From Nitrospira sp. SB0662_bin_26 (GTDB taxonomy: Bacteria; Nitrospirota; Nitrospiria; Nitrospirales; UBA8639), in contig VXOF01000009.1 in NCBI GenBank assembly GCA_009840285.1, positions 3-64,002 of the forward strand: a stretch of 64,000 bases of DNA. Direction: 5' to 3'. Below the pieces are notes generated by a model, which was not told the DNA's origin, made no database searches, and saw only the letters and a program-made list of their open reading frames with translations. Numbering within the stretch: the stretch's first letter is position 1; every line of letters begins with the position of its first letter. Positions 8,458 to 16,912 of the stretch are shown here, piece after piece. Both the position numbers and the translations under genes were made by a program.

Positions 8458-9588
8458 TCAACATACGCACTCCTCCCCACAGCAGGAGAGGTCATCGAGG
8501 TACATGCCCCACTTGCGGTAATTCTCCAACTCTTCAGCCGGCAGCCCCAGGGACCCGGCAATCGCCTTGGCAACCACGGCGAATCGCTGTCGATACTTGT
8601 AGATAAAGCAAAAGGAATGGTTAGCGTGACGCACGGCGGGCCCGCACAGAAACAGGCCGGGCACAATTGTCGACTCATCGTGCTCGCTCATGAGCGGAAA
8701 GCCGTCGTCGCGTCGCTCGAACAAATCTGCGACCAGCTTGTGACTTCCTTCAAATCCACCCGCCCAGAGTGGCGGAACGCGAGTTTGAAACCGGCGTCCG
8801 TCCTGTGCCGTGACTTCATACGTGGCGTCCACGCGGGTGACAGAGGCGATTGGCGTTTCCGGAAACAACTCCACATACTCCTCAAACCAATCTTCTCGCA
8901 TCCGTTCGAGCGAATACGTGGACAGTGCGACACTGGGATCGGAACTTTGGTCTTTCCATGGACAACCTTTATCGAACAACTGTACCCGTTTGTCGCGATA
9001 CGCCAGGTGGTAGGCCGCGTCGACGCCACTCTCGTAGCCACCGACAATGATGAAGTCGTCTCCGTCAAGTTCTTCATAACTGGCAATTGTTGCCGTGTGT
9101 CGACAGAGTTCGCTGCCGACAAACCCATTCAGACGTGGGTATTGGAATTCACCGGCCGCCCAAATGACATGCCTGGCTCGCAAGGCCTCGTCGGCTGTAT
9201 CGATGCGAAAAACGTCGCCAACTTTTGTTATCCGCGTCACGCTGGTCTTCTCGCGTATCGGCAACTCGAAAAACTTCGCGACTCCTCGCAAATGCGACGC
9301 GTATTCCTCGCCCGTCGGATGCTCAACCTCCAAGCTGAACGCGGGCGAAACACCAATCGCGATCGAGTTCAAATCGAGCATGCCAATCGAATTGGTCGGA
9401 AACGAGGGGGTGATGAATCGAGTCTCGGACGGCCATGAGGCAAACGATGATCCGACCGTTCGTCGCTCGAGCACGATAAAGTTCTCAATCCCCGCATGCC
9501 TGAGGGCTATCGCAACCCCCACACCCGCGGCACCGCCACCGACGACTACGACATCGTAAGTCTCGACGTTACTTGCAATCGTCATCAA
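8458..9588 (-). CDS. FAD/NAD(P)-binding oxidoreductase (flavin-monooxygenase/pyridine-nucleotide-disulfide-like) with a Cys-rich C-terminal tail
   Basis: N-terminal dinucleotide fold YDVVVVGGGAAGVGVAIAL...LERR and a second GG motif FIIVGGYESGVDAA. The C-terminus is ...LDDLSCCGEECVC. Confidence 0.8.
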   Translation of the reverse strand: MMTIASNVETYDVVVVGGGAAGVGVAIALRHAGIENFIVLERRTVGSSFASWPSETRFITPSFPTNSIGMLDLNSIAIGVSPAFSLEVEHPTGEEYASHLRGVAKFFELPIREKTSVTRITKVGDVFRIDTADEALRARHVIWAAGEFQYPRLNGFVGSELCRHTATIASYEELDGDDFIIVGGYESGVDAAYHLAYRDKRVQLFDKGCPWKDQSSDPSVALSTYSLERMREDWFEEYVELFPETPIASVTRVDATYEVTAQDGRRFQTRVPPLWAGGFEGSHKLVADLFERRDDGFPLMSEHDESTIVPGLFLCGPAVRHANHSFCFIYKYRQRFAVVAKAIAGSLGLPAEELENYRKWGMYLDDLSCCGEECVC

Positions 9589-9766
9589 GCGCTCCCCTCG
9601 GTAACTTCACTGCGACAACAACCTCACGGACACCCGTAACGGCGGTTCAGCAGGTGAGCGTGAACCGACACGATTCCGCCCGGCATGCGTGAGCACGGCC
9701 TGCCCTTCCTGCGGATAAGCAAACTCGGCGAACATTTCACAAAGCTGTCCCGCGCGCATCATGCCC

Positions 9767-9925
9767 TTACCGCTTTTCTTTGTGGACGGCATGCTTCCGG
9801 CAGTACGAACAATATTTTTTCAGTTCGATCCGGTCGGGATCGTTTTTCTTGTTTTTGGAGGTCCAATAGACCGATTTGCCCGGCGTCTCACATCCGGTGC
9901 AGGCAATGGCAATCGTGACACGCAT
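9767..9925 (-). CDS. rpmG: 50S ribosomal protein L33 (zinc-ribbon C+ form)
   Basis: 52-aa ORF found by hand: [52 protein letters not shown]. Both CxxC pairs are present. AGGAG RBS 8 nt upstream. Lies immediately after rpmB. Confidence 0.85.
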   Translation of the reverse strand: MRVTIAIACTGCETPGKSVYWTSKNKKNDPDRIELKKYCSYCRKHAVHKEKR

Positions 9926-9946
9926 ACGCTAAACTCCTGAGGCCCG

Positions 9947-10183
9947 TTAGATGTGTTCACCGGCCGCCCGCATGTCGGCAACGACGCGGGCCAGCCCCTT
10001 TTTATCGATAATTTTCATGCCGTGGGTTGAAACCGACAGGGTAATCCAACGATTCTCTTCCTGCAGAAAATAACGTTTCCGATGCAGATTCGGAAAAAAC
10101 CGCCGCTTGGTTTTGTTATTGGCATGACTCACACGATGACCGGACATAGGCCGCTTTCCGGTGACCTGACAACGTTGTCCCAT
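9947..10183 (-). CDS. rpmB: 50S ribosomal protein L28
   Basis: [34 protein letters not shown]...IDKKGL matches L28. AAGGAGG 7 nt upstream of ATG 10183. Confidence 0.9.
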   Translation of the reverse strand: MGQRCQVTGKRPMSGHRVSHANNKTKRRFFPNLHRKRYFLQEENRWITLSVSTHGMKIIDKKGLARVVADMRAAGEHI

Positions 10184-10336
10184 CAACACACCTCCTTAGC
10201 ATCGCGTCAACCATTTAAATGTGAACATTCCCTTTTCTCATGACTCCTGCTGGGAGGCTCCTGCCGTGGCCATGTAGCCTGCCTGTTTTCCCGGCCTGGT
10301 CTTCTAAACGGATCGACAAACGAAGTCCACAACTCC

Positions 10337-11638
<1,302 letters not shown>

Positions 11639-11651
11639 CCGTTATCCTGTC

Positions 11652-12920
11652 CTAGTCTGAGCCTCCGTCGTTTTCTCGTGCATTAGCATGGGAGATCGCG
11701 CGGGCGAAGGGATCGTCGAACCGCCGCCAGACCGACTCCCCCTCCAGTATCTCAGAAGGCGTCAACAAACAGCGGTGAAGTTGACGACGCCAGGACGACA
11801 CATCCAATCGATAGCCGATCCAGCCGAACGCCTGCCGTCGGTCGCCGAACTCGACCGACCAATGCTCTTTCAGTTGTGTTTGGAACTCATTATCAGCCGG
11901 CCACTGAGCCCGGGGAGTGGCCACCCACCAGTCGCCCACACACTCGAAATGCCGCACTCCCGCCGTCTGTTCCAAGGAAAAGCACCGTTCCGGTTGTGAC
12001 GCAATCCAGAAATGACCTTGGCACCGCAGAATTCCCGGCCAATCGGACTCGATCAGCTCCCATAGCCGCTGCGGGTGGAAGGGACGCGTAGCTCGAAAGG
12101 CCCCCATCGCCCAATAGGACGATCGAATCGTCGGCATCGGCGCTCCCTGGATCAGCTTCGCCCAGCCTGGTTGAAAACTGATCGGCATCGAGGCAGGACT
12201 ACGCTCGTTGACAATCTGTCCCACCACATCCAACCCCTCCGCTATCGATAGAATCGTGGCTTCCGGGTTCAACGTCTCGAGCAAGGACCGGAGACGAGCC
12301 TGCTTACCCAATGACAGCCCTTCGGTTTTGGATATCACCAGTACCGTGGCATACTCCACCTGCTCTACCACCAATTCCGACACCATCCGTCCATCGTCCG
12401 TCCCACAACTCACGCCTCGGGTCTGTAAATCGTCTTCAGAATGCAGATCGTCCCATAACGTCCGGCCGTCGACGACCGTGACCAAGTGATCAAGCCACGC
12501 CTTCGATGCCAAGGGTTCGCGGTTCTCCCAGGCGTCGTTGAACACTTCGGCGACCAAGACGGGCTCGACCAGGCCCGAGCACTCGAGCAGCACCCGATCA
12601 AACCGCTGCATGTCGGCAATCGCCGTGATGGCGCTCGCCAAACTGTCGCGCAAGGAACACCCGACACACCGTTGAATCAACTCGGCCAAGACTTCACCGA
12701 GACGGAAGACCTCGATCCCCAGAGATCGACAGAAGTCCGCATCCAATCCTGCGTCGCTACGGTCATGGACCAGCACGGCCAACCGACCGGACGCCCAGCC
12801 GGCGACAACTTTCTGCACCAGCGTGCTCTTCCCGGCTCCGACAAAACCACAGACCGCGGTGACCGGAAGCCGCGTGATCTCGGCTGGACGATAGCCTTTG
12901 GGATGGATACCGGGGTTCAT
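11652..12920 (-). CDS. Divergent COG0523-family paralogue (degenerate CxCC and NKxD motifs)
   Basis: GFVGAGKST is present. The metal motif reads RCVGCSLRD and G4 reads ISKTEG. ECSGLVEP replaces ESTGxxEP. The C-terminal half is collinear with the neighbour (RPFHPQRLW). AAGGAGG lies before ATG 12920. Confidence 0.8.
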   Translation of the reverse strand: MNPGIHPKGYRPAEITRLPVTAVCGFVGAGKSTLVQKVVAGWASGRLAVLVHDRSDAGLDADFCRSLGIEVFRLGEVLAELIQRCVGCSLRDSLASAITAIADMQRFDRVLLECSGLVEPVLVAEVFNDAWENREPLASKAWLDHLVTVVDGRTLWDDLHSEDDLQTRGVSCGTDDGRMVSELVVEQVEYATVLVISKTEGLSLGKQARLRSLLETLNPEATILSIAEGLDVVGQIVNERSPASMPISFQPGWAKLIQGAPMPTIRSSYWAMGAFRATRPFHPQRLWELIESDWPGILRCQGHFWIASQPERCFSLEQTAGVRHFECVGDWWVATPRAQWPADNEFQTQLKEHWSVEFGDRRQAFGWIGYRLDVSSWRRQLHRCLLTPSEILEGESVWRRFDDPFARAISHANARENDGGSD

Positions 12921-12952
12921 AGCACCTCCTTGTTCTTGAGCACGAGCACTCA

Positions 12953-13022
12953 CTACCAGCTCGATTTCCGCACACCAGGGATCCGACCCTGGAGTACGAG
13001 CAGACGAAAATCGATCCGCGTA
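12953..13022 (-). pseudogene. Ghost of an rpsN 3' end (about 70% DNA identity to 13316..13385)
   Basis: My hand alignment gives about 48/68 identical positions to the last ~22 codons of the adjacent S14 gene. The frame is disrupted. Confidence 0.35.
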
Positions 13023-13069
13023 CACTTACCTCCCTACTTCGAGATTGGGGGCTCTAGGCCCTGACTTCA

Positions 13070-13285
13070 TCACTTTTCGGACTGCCGACCGAACGGTAAC
13101 AGCGCCATGTGTCGCGCTCGCTTGATCGCTCGCGCGATCTCCCGCTGCCGATGTAGACTATTGCCCGTCATTCGTCGAGGCAGGATGCGCCCGTTTTCCG
13201 TTATGAACCTCCGCAGCCACTCCGCATTTTTCCAATCCACCGGTGTCGTATCGTCGATCACGCGACGGCGTCGTCCTTCAAGCAT
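13070..13285 (-). CDS. rpsR: 30S ribosomal protein S18 (Cys-less form)
   Basis: ...[42 protein letters not shown] is the S18 core. Contains no cysteine. Confidence 0.85.
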   Translation of the reverse strand: MLEGRRRRVIDDTTPVDWKNAEWLRRFITENGRILPRRMTGNSLHRQREIARAIKRARHMALLPFGRQSEK

Positions 13286-13315
13286 GCTCGTTTCTCCATA
13301 TACAATGAATTGCGC

Positions 13316-13621
13316 CTACCAACTCGACTTTCTCACTCCGGGAATACCCCCTCGTAATGCCAACAAACGAAAATCGATGCGGGACATGCCGAATCGTCTC
13401 AGGAATCCACGGGTCCGGCCTGAAATCAGACATCGGTTTCTCACTCGGCTTGGGCTGGCATTGCGGGGCAGCGCCTGCAGCCCCCGTTGCGCCTCCATCC
13501 GCTCTTCCAACGAAGACCCAGGATTTCGGATAACTTCCTTTAAAATGGCTCGTTGTTGGGCGTACTGCTTCACCACCTCTTTTCGTTTTTCATTTTTAAT
13601 GATGCAACTTTTTTTGGCCAT
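13316..13621 (-). CDS. rpsN: 30S ribosomal protein S14, long 101-aa C- (non-zinc) form
   Basis: [15 protein letters not shown]...[41 protein letters not shown]. Lacks the CxxC-x-CxxC of the short Zn-ribbon S14. Confidence 0.9.
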   Translation of the reverse strand: MAKKSCIIKNEKRKEVVKQYAQQRAILKEVIRNPGSSLEERMEAQRGLQALPRNASPSRVRNRCLISGRTRGFLRRFGMSRIDFRLLALRGGIPGVRKSSW

Positions 13622-13717
13622 AGGACCTTCCTTTCATCAAGGTGTGAAGCTTTCTCCATATCCTCTTTTTGGATAAACGGTTGTTTTGGGTAATTCGTAC
13701 CACAATCTCGACCAACC

Positions 13718-13732
13718 ATTCGTTCAATGAAT
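13718..13732. promoter_or_regulatory. 7-1-7 inverted repeat ATTCGTT-C-AATGAAT (candidate Fur-family/Zur operator) about 100 nt upstream of rpsN
   Basis: Near-perfect palindrome (6/7 per arm) nested between CCAACCA (13712-13718) and TGGTTGG (13741-13747). Lies in an unusually AT-rich leader. Confidence 0.3.
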
Positions 13733-13900
13733 ACGCTAGTTGGTTGGAAATTAAATACAACTGGGCAGCGAGAGAAACGAGTTTATGGGGTGAAAATGAT
13801 TTGAAACGCCAACTGAAAGCTAGCTCACCAGCGATAGTTTCTGCCGTGTATACTTATACGCGGCTTATACGCGGACACTTCGCTTTCATGAATAACTTTT

Positions 13901-13960
13901 CAATGAACATCCAAAACTACTAAATGAAAGGTATGTTTTCTGGAGACGAGTGTATAACAA
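13901..13960. repeat. 60-bp AT-rich repeat, copy B (about 280 nt upstream of rpsN)
   Basis: caatgaacatccaaaactactaaatgaaaggtatgttttctggagacgagtgtataacaa. Direct repeat of 7179..7238. Confidence 0.85.
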
Positions 13961-14322
13961 AGAGGAAAGGCCGAACGAAGGAATATCGGAATGTGGACGT
14001 CACCAACGGAGCAGGTGATGACGGATCGTGTGGGACTGGCTGCGACTGACTCGTGTTTGCTGAGTATTGGTTAAGGTGACAAGTTACGACCTGCCAGGCA
14101 GTTGGGCGAGCTTACTGCTGGCATCGACCTTCACTAATGCGCCGCGCCCCAAGCGAAGAAACCGCCTGGGGCGCGGCTTGGCCTCTCGTGTGGATACCTG
14201 TGACATTCGCGGTTCGAAAGGATGGGGCTTGGGGTGCACACGAACCCGTGCAGAATGCCCACCAAATCGATAACGTCGTCTATGCGATGCGGAAGGCTCT
14301 CGTGATCGGATGCAGTGCATGC

Positions 14323-14550
14323 TCAGCAGCACGAGCAGCTACTGCCCTGTGATTTGGCGCATTTCGTGCCCTTGAGCATCACATTGCCGCCTCCGAAAAG
14401 CCGGCGGACGGGCGTCCCTGGTGGTGTGTCACCCGGATGTTGGTTTGCCCGAGCACACAGTTCCCCCCAAGTAGCCAGCGTTTCTTTGATGCTGTGCCGA
14501 ACGGTCAGCGTCGTATCATTGGCGTCGCAATGATAGTCGTATGTAATCAT
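14323..14550 (-). CDS. FmdB-like zinc-ribbon protein with eroded Cys ligands and a Cys-rich tail
   Basis: MITYDYHCDANDTTLTVRHSIKE... mimics the FmdB N-terminus MPxYEYxCxxCG, but only one Cys of each pair remains. The tail is ...KCAKSQGSSCSCC. GGAGG lies 7 nt upstream and TATAAT at 14574-14579. Confidence 0.55.
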   Translation of the reverse strand: MITYDYHCDANDTTLTVRHSIKETLATWGELCARANQHPGDTPPGTPVRRLFGGGNVMLKGTKCAKSQGSSCSCC

Positions 14551-14580
14551 GTGTGAACCTCCATACATGTGTGATTATAG

Positions 14581-14605
14581 CAAAAGATGGGCCGGTCAGC
14601 CCATC
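14581..14605 (-). terminator. Rho-independent-type hairpin (GATGGGC-n6-GCCCATC + TTTTG) with no obvious upstream gene
   Basis: 7-bp GC stem followed by a T-run when read on the minus strand. Lies immediately upstream of the TATAAT of the 14323..14550 gene. Confidence 0.4.
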
Positions 14606-14896
14606 TTCGCAGGAGGCAATTCCACATATCAGGCCACACGGTTGGCAAATTGACCAAACACGGGGCCTTTGGTAGGTTGCCGCGTACTCAAAAGAGCCTT
14701 TCATAATTCCTGTTTCCACGCTCAGGTTTACAGTAGAGCGTTATCATACCATGTCAGGAAGCCGGCAGCAGTATTCTCCTTTCAGATCAGTCGAACCGCT
14801 GGAAGCACTCGGCGACTTGCGTCTGTGGTGGCTCCCCGTACAGGACTACTCCCTTCGCCCCGTGCCCGCGGCCAGCGGGAGCGGGTGAAAAAAAGC

Positions 14897-14928
14897 TTGA
14901 CTCTGTACTGAGGTACGGAGTGTATACT
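14897..14928 (+). promoter_or_regulatory. MerR-type promoter: TTGACT, 20-bp spacer with dyad CTCTGTAC/GTACGGAG, then TATACT
   Basis: Over-long 20-bp spacer carrying a 7/8 inverted repeat, the hallmark of MerR-family activated promoters. Lies directly upstream of the merR-like gene. Confidence 0.65.
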
Positions 14929-14934
14929 TCGGAT

Positions 14935-15369
14935 ATGGAAAAGACCGATAAAGAACTGATGACGATTGGAACCTTAGCCAAGGCAGCCGGGGTTGGGGTA
15001 GAGACGGTCCGCTTTTATCAGAGGAAGGGTCTTCTGGAAATGCCATTTCGAACGTCAGGTTTTCGAAAGTATTCGGAATCTGATGTGCGGACAATCAAGT
15101 TTGTCAAGAGAGTTCAGGGGCTTGGATTCTCTCTCAAAGACGCTCAAGATCTCCTGGACCTTGCTCTTTGTTCCCGGGAAACACGACCTTTTATTGCAAA
15201 GACTTGTCACGAGAAGATCGATCAAATTGAAAAGAAGATAGCCGACTTGACCAGGATGGTGGGAATGCTTCACGAGTTTTCCCTGATCTGTGGAAGTGAA
15301 GCGTCGAATGATTCTGAATGCAGGCTCCTGGATTGCTTTGAAAACAATTGGGAGTGCTGCGAAAAATGA
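14935..15369 (+). CDS. MerR-family heavy-metal-responsive transcriptional regulator
   Basis: MTIGTLAKAAGVGVETVRFYQRKGLL HTH, a coiled-coil dimerisation helix, and a Cys-rich C-terminal loop ...LICGSEASNDSECRLLDCFENNWECCEK. The alternative start ATG 14959 gives the canonical N-terminus. Confidence 0.85.
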   Translation: MEKTDKELMTIGTLAKAAGVGVETVRFYQRKGLLEMPFRTSGFRKYSESDVRTIKFVKRVQGLGFSLKDAQDLLDLALCSRETRPFIAKTCHEKIDQIEKKIADLTRMVGMLHEFSLICGSEASNDSECRLLDCFENNWECCEK

Positions 15370-15382
15370 GGAGGAAAACGCA

Positions 15383-15538
15383 ATGAAAGACTCCTGTGGA
15401 TGCTGCAAAGATGGCAAGTGTGCCTGCAAGACAACGACGTGTGGCTGCTGTTGTGGAACTGAAGTTTGTCGCTGTGACGCGTCATGCGTATGTGGTGATT
15501 GCTGTAGCGGGTGCTGCAAGTCCTCGAGCCGTGTTTAA
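15383..15538 (+). CDS. Metallothionein-like Cys-rich peptide (51 aa, 17 Cys)
   Basis: MKDSCGCCKDGKCACKTTTCGCCCGTEVCRCDASCVCGDCCSGCCKSSSRV. AGGAGG RBS lies upstream. Starts 13 nt after the merR stop. Has CxC/CC/CCC motifs with no His or aromatic residues. Confidence 0.65.
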   Translation: MKDSCGCCKDGKCACKTTTCGCCCGTEVCRCDASCVCGDCCSGCCKSSSRV

Positions 15539-15571
15539 CGGCAACTGAGTTTCAATCTGACGTGGAGGCCA

Positions 15572-16438
15572 TTACTTCGCGGGCATGGGACCGACTAAGA
15601 GCTGGGGATCTATTCGCTGGGTAAAGAGGTTCATCCGCCAATCCAAATGCGGACCCGTCGCACGGCCCGATTCACCCAATTCAGCGATGACGTCTCCTTG
15701 CGTAATATGATCTCCTTTCATTACCAAAATTTTGTTCAGGTGAAGAAACGTGGAGGAAAGACCATGACCATGGTCAAGAATCAAGGTTGCCCCCGAAAAA
15801 AACATATTCGGCTGGGCTAGGGTGACCACTCCACCCGCCGGGGCTTTGACTGGTGTTCCAATGGCCCCTGAAATGTCTACACCAAAATGTGGCCGCCGGG
15901 GCTCACCGTTCAGGATGCGTTGACTACCATAGACTCCGGTTATTTTTCCGATGACAGGCCAGATAAAACCATCCTCAAAATCCGTACGAGGGGCATCCAG
16001 CTTCCTGGCAGCTTTAGCTAGCCGGGCGTCTTCTTGAATTCTGGCAAGATCCCGTTTATGAGGATTGACCTTTCGAGGGGATAGCCCGTTAATGCGCTGA
16101 ATCTTATATTTCCTTTTCTTAACAGACAGAGCACGATGTTCTTTCTTCCCGTTGGGCCAGGTAATTGCGAGCTTCACCGTCGGGGATGCATCTCTCCCAA
16201 ACCCCACCAAAAACATTCCTTGGGGAGATACGCGGACTTTCCGTCCATCTACCCATACTTTGGCCCCCGGAGCAGTCTTGCCTTGAACCAGACCGCCCTG
16301 AACCATCGGGCCCTCCAATGAAAGACTCTCTTGTCCTACCCCTGCCGCCTGAACAGAAACCGCTCCCATCCATCCCAAAGCCAATAAGGACAGAACCCAC
16401 ACCATAGTTTTCAATGACTGTATTTCCATCTTGCCCAC
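15572..16438 (-). CDS. M23/LytM-family zinc metallo-endopeptidase (secreted)
   Basis: Signal peptide, then HFGVDISGAIGTPVKAPAGGVV and ...LDHGHGLSSTFLHL..., the HxxxD and HxH motifs of M23. Confidence 0.88.
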   Translation of the reverse strand: MGKMEIQSLKTMVWVLSLLALGWMGAVSVQAAGVGQESLSLEGPMVQGGLVQGKTAPGAKVWVDGRKVRVSPQGMFLVGFGRDASPTVKLAITWPNGKKEHRALSVKKRKYKIQRINGLSPRKVNPHKRDLARIQEDARLAKAARKLDAPRTDFEDGFIWPVIGKITGVYGSQRILNGEPRRPHFGVDISGAIGTPVKAPAGGVVTLAQPNMFFSGATLILDHGHGLSSTFLHLNKILVMKGDHITQGDVIAELGESGRATGPHLDWRMNLFTQRIDPQLLVGPMPAK

Positions 16439-16591
16439 ACGCGTTTACCTCAGATATCGTTCCGTTCCCTTATCTCCGATATTCTACTGATCTTGTCTGT
16501 TAAGAACCCCATGGGTGCAATGCTCGCTTCCAGGCTAGTGAGGCGTTCTGGAAGAGGGCGAGACGGGGTCAAGCAGGGATCGGAAATGGGG

Positions 16592-16906
16592 TCAGGGCTT
16601 GCCATGTGAATGCCCTCCATGCGACCGGCAATCATGTCCACAGCCCTGTATGCCCAACCCGCCACCGTAAATGTTCTTGAGCGTGGGGGGAGGAGCGGTC
16701 GAGCCCGGTGGAGGATCCGATGACGCCCGGCTTTGGGCCATCACGTCAGCCCCTGCCGAAAACACCGACGGGATCTTCTCCAACGGTGCCCCGCATTCGC
16801 GACAGGCCGTCACCGGGGCATCTTGCATGTTCTGCCAAAAGGCAAACCGCTTGGGACAAAACAGCGATTTCAAACAATATTCGGCTTGATATTCATAGAT
16901 GGGCAT
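16592..16906 (-). CDS. FmdB-like zinc-ribbon protein with a His/Cys-rich C-terminal tail
   Basis: MPIYEYQAEYC...TACRECGAP has the FmdB architecture, with the first CxxC altered to Cx5C. The tail is ...GCGHDCRSHGGHSHGKP. Starts 6 nt after the pyrC stop. Confidence 0.6.
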   Translation of the reverse strand: MPIYEYQAEYCLKSLFCPKRFAFWQNMQDAPVTACRECGAPLEKIPSVFSAGADVMAQSRASSDPPPGSTAPPPTLKNIYGGGLGIQGCGHDCRSHGGHSHGKP

Positions 16907-16912
16907 ACATCC

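Noticed and set aside
13624-13716. 30-codon upstream ORF ([14 protein letters not shown]...) overlapping the rpsN start
   Set aside because: The RBS spacing is too short. There is no evidence beyond an open frame in AT-rich DNA.
14516-14719. 67-aa Cys-containing ORF (MKGSFEYAATYQRPRVWSICQPCGLICG...) as a third FmdB-like gene
   Set aside because: It reads through an intrinsic terminator and through the promoter, RBS and start of the neighbouring gene in another frame. The RBS spacing is poor. It is mentioned only in the orphan-terminator finding.
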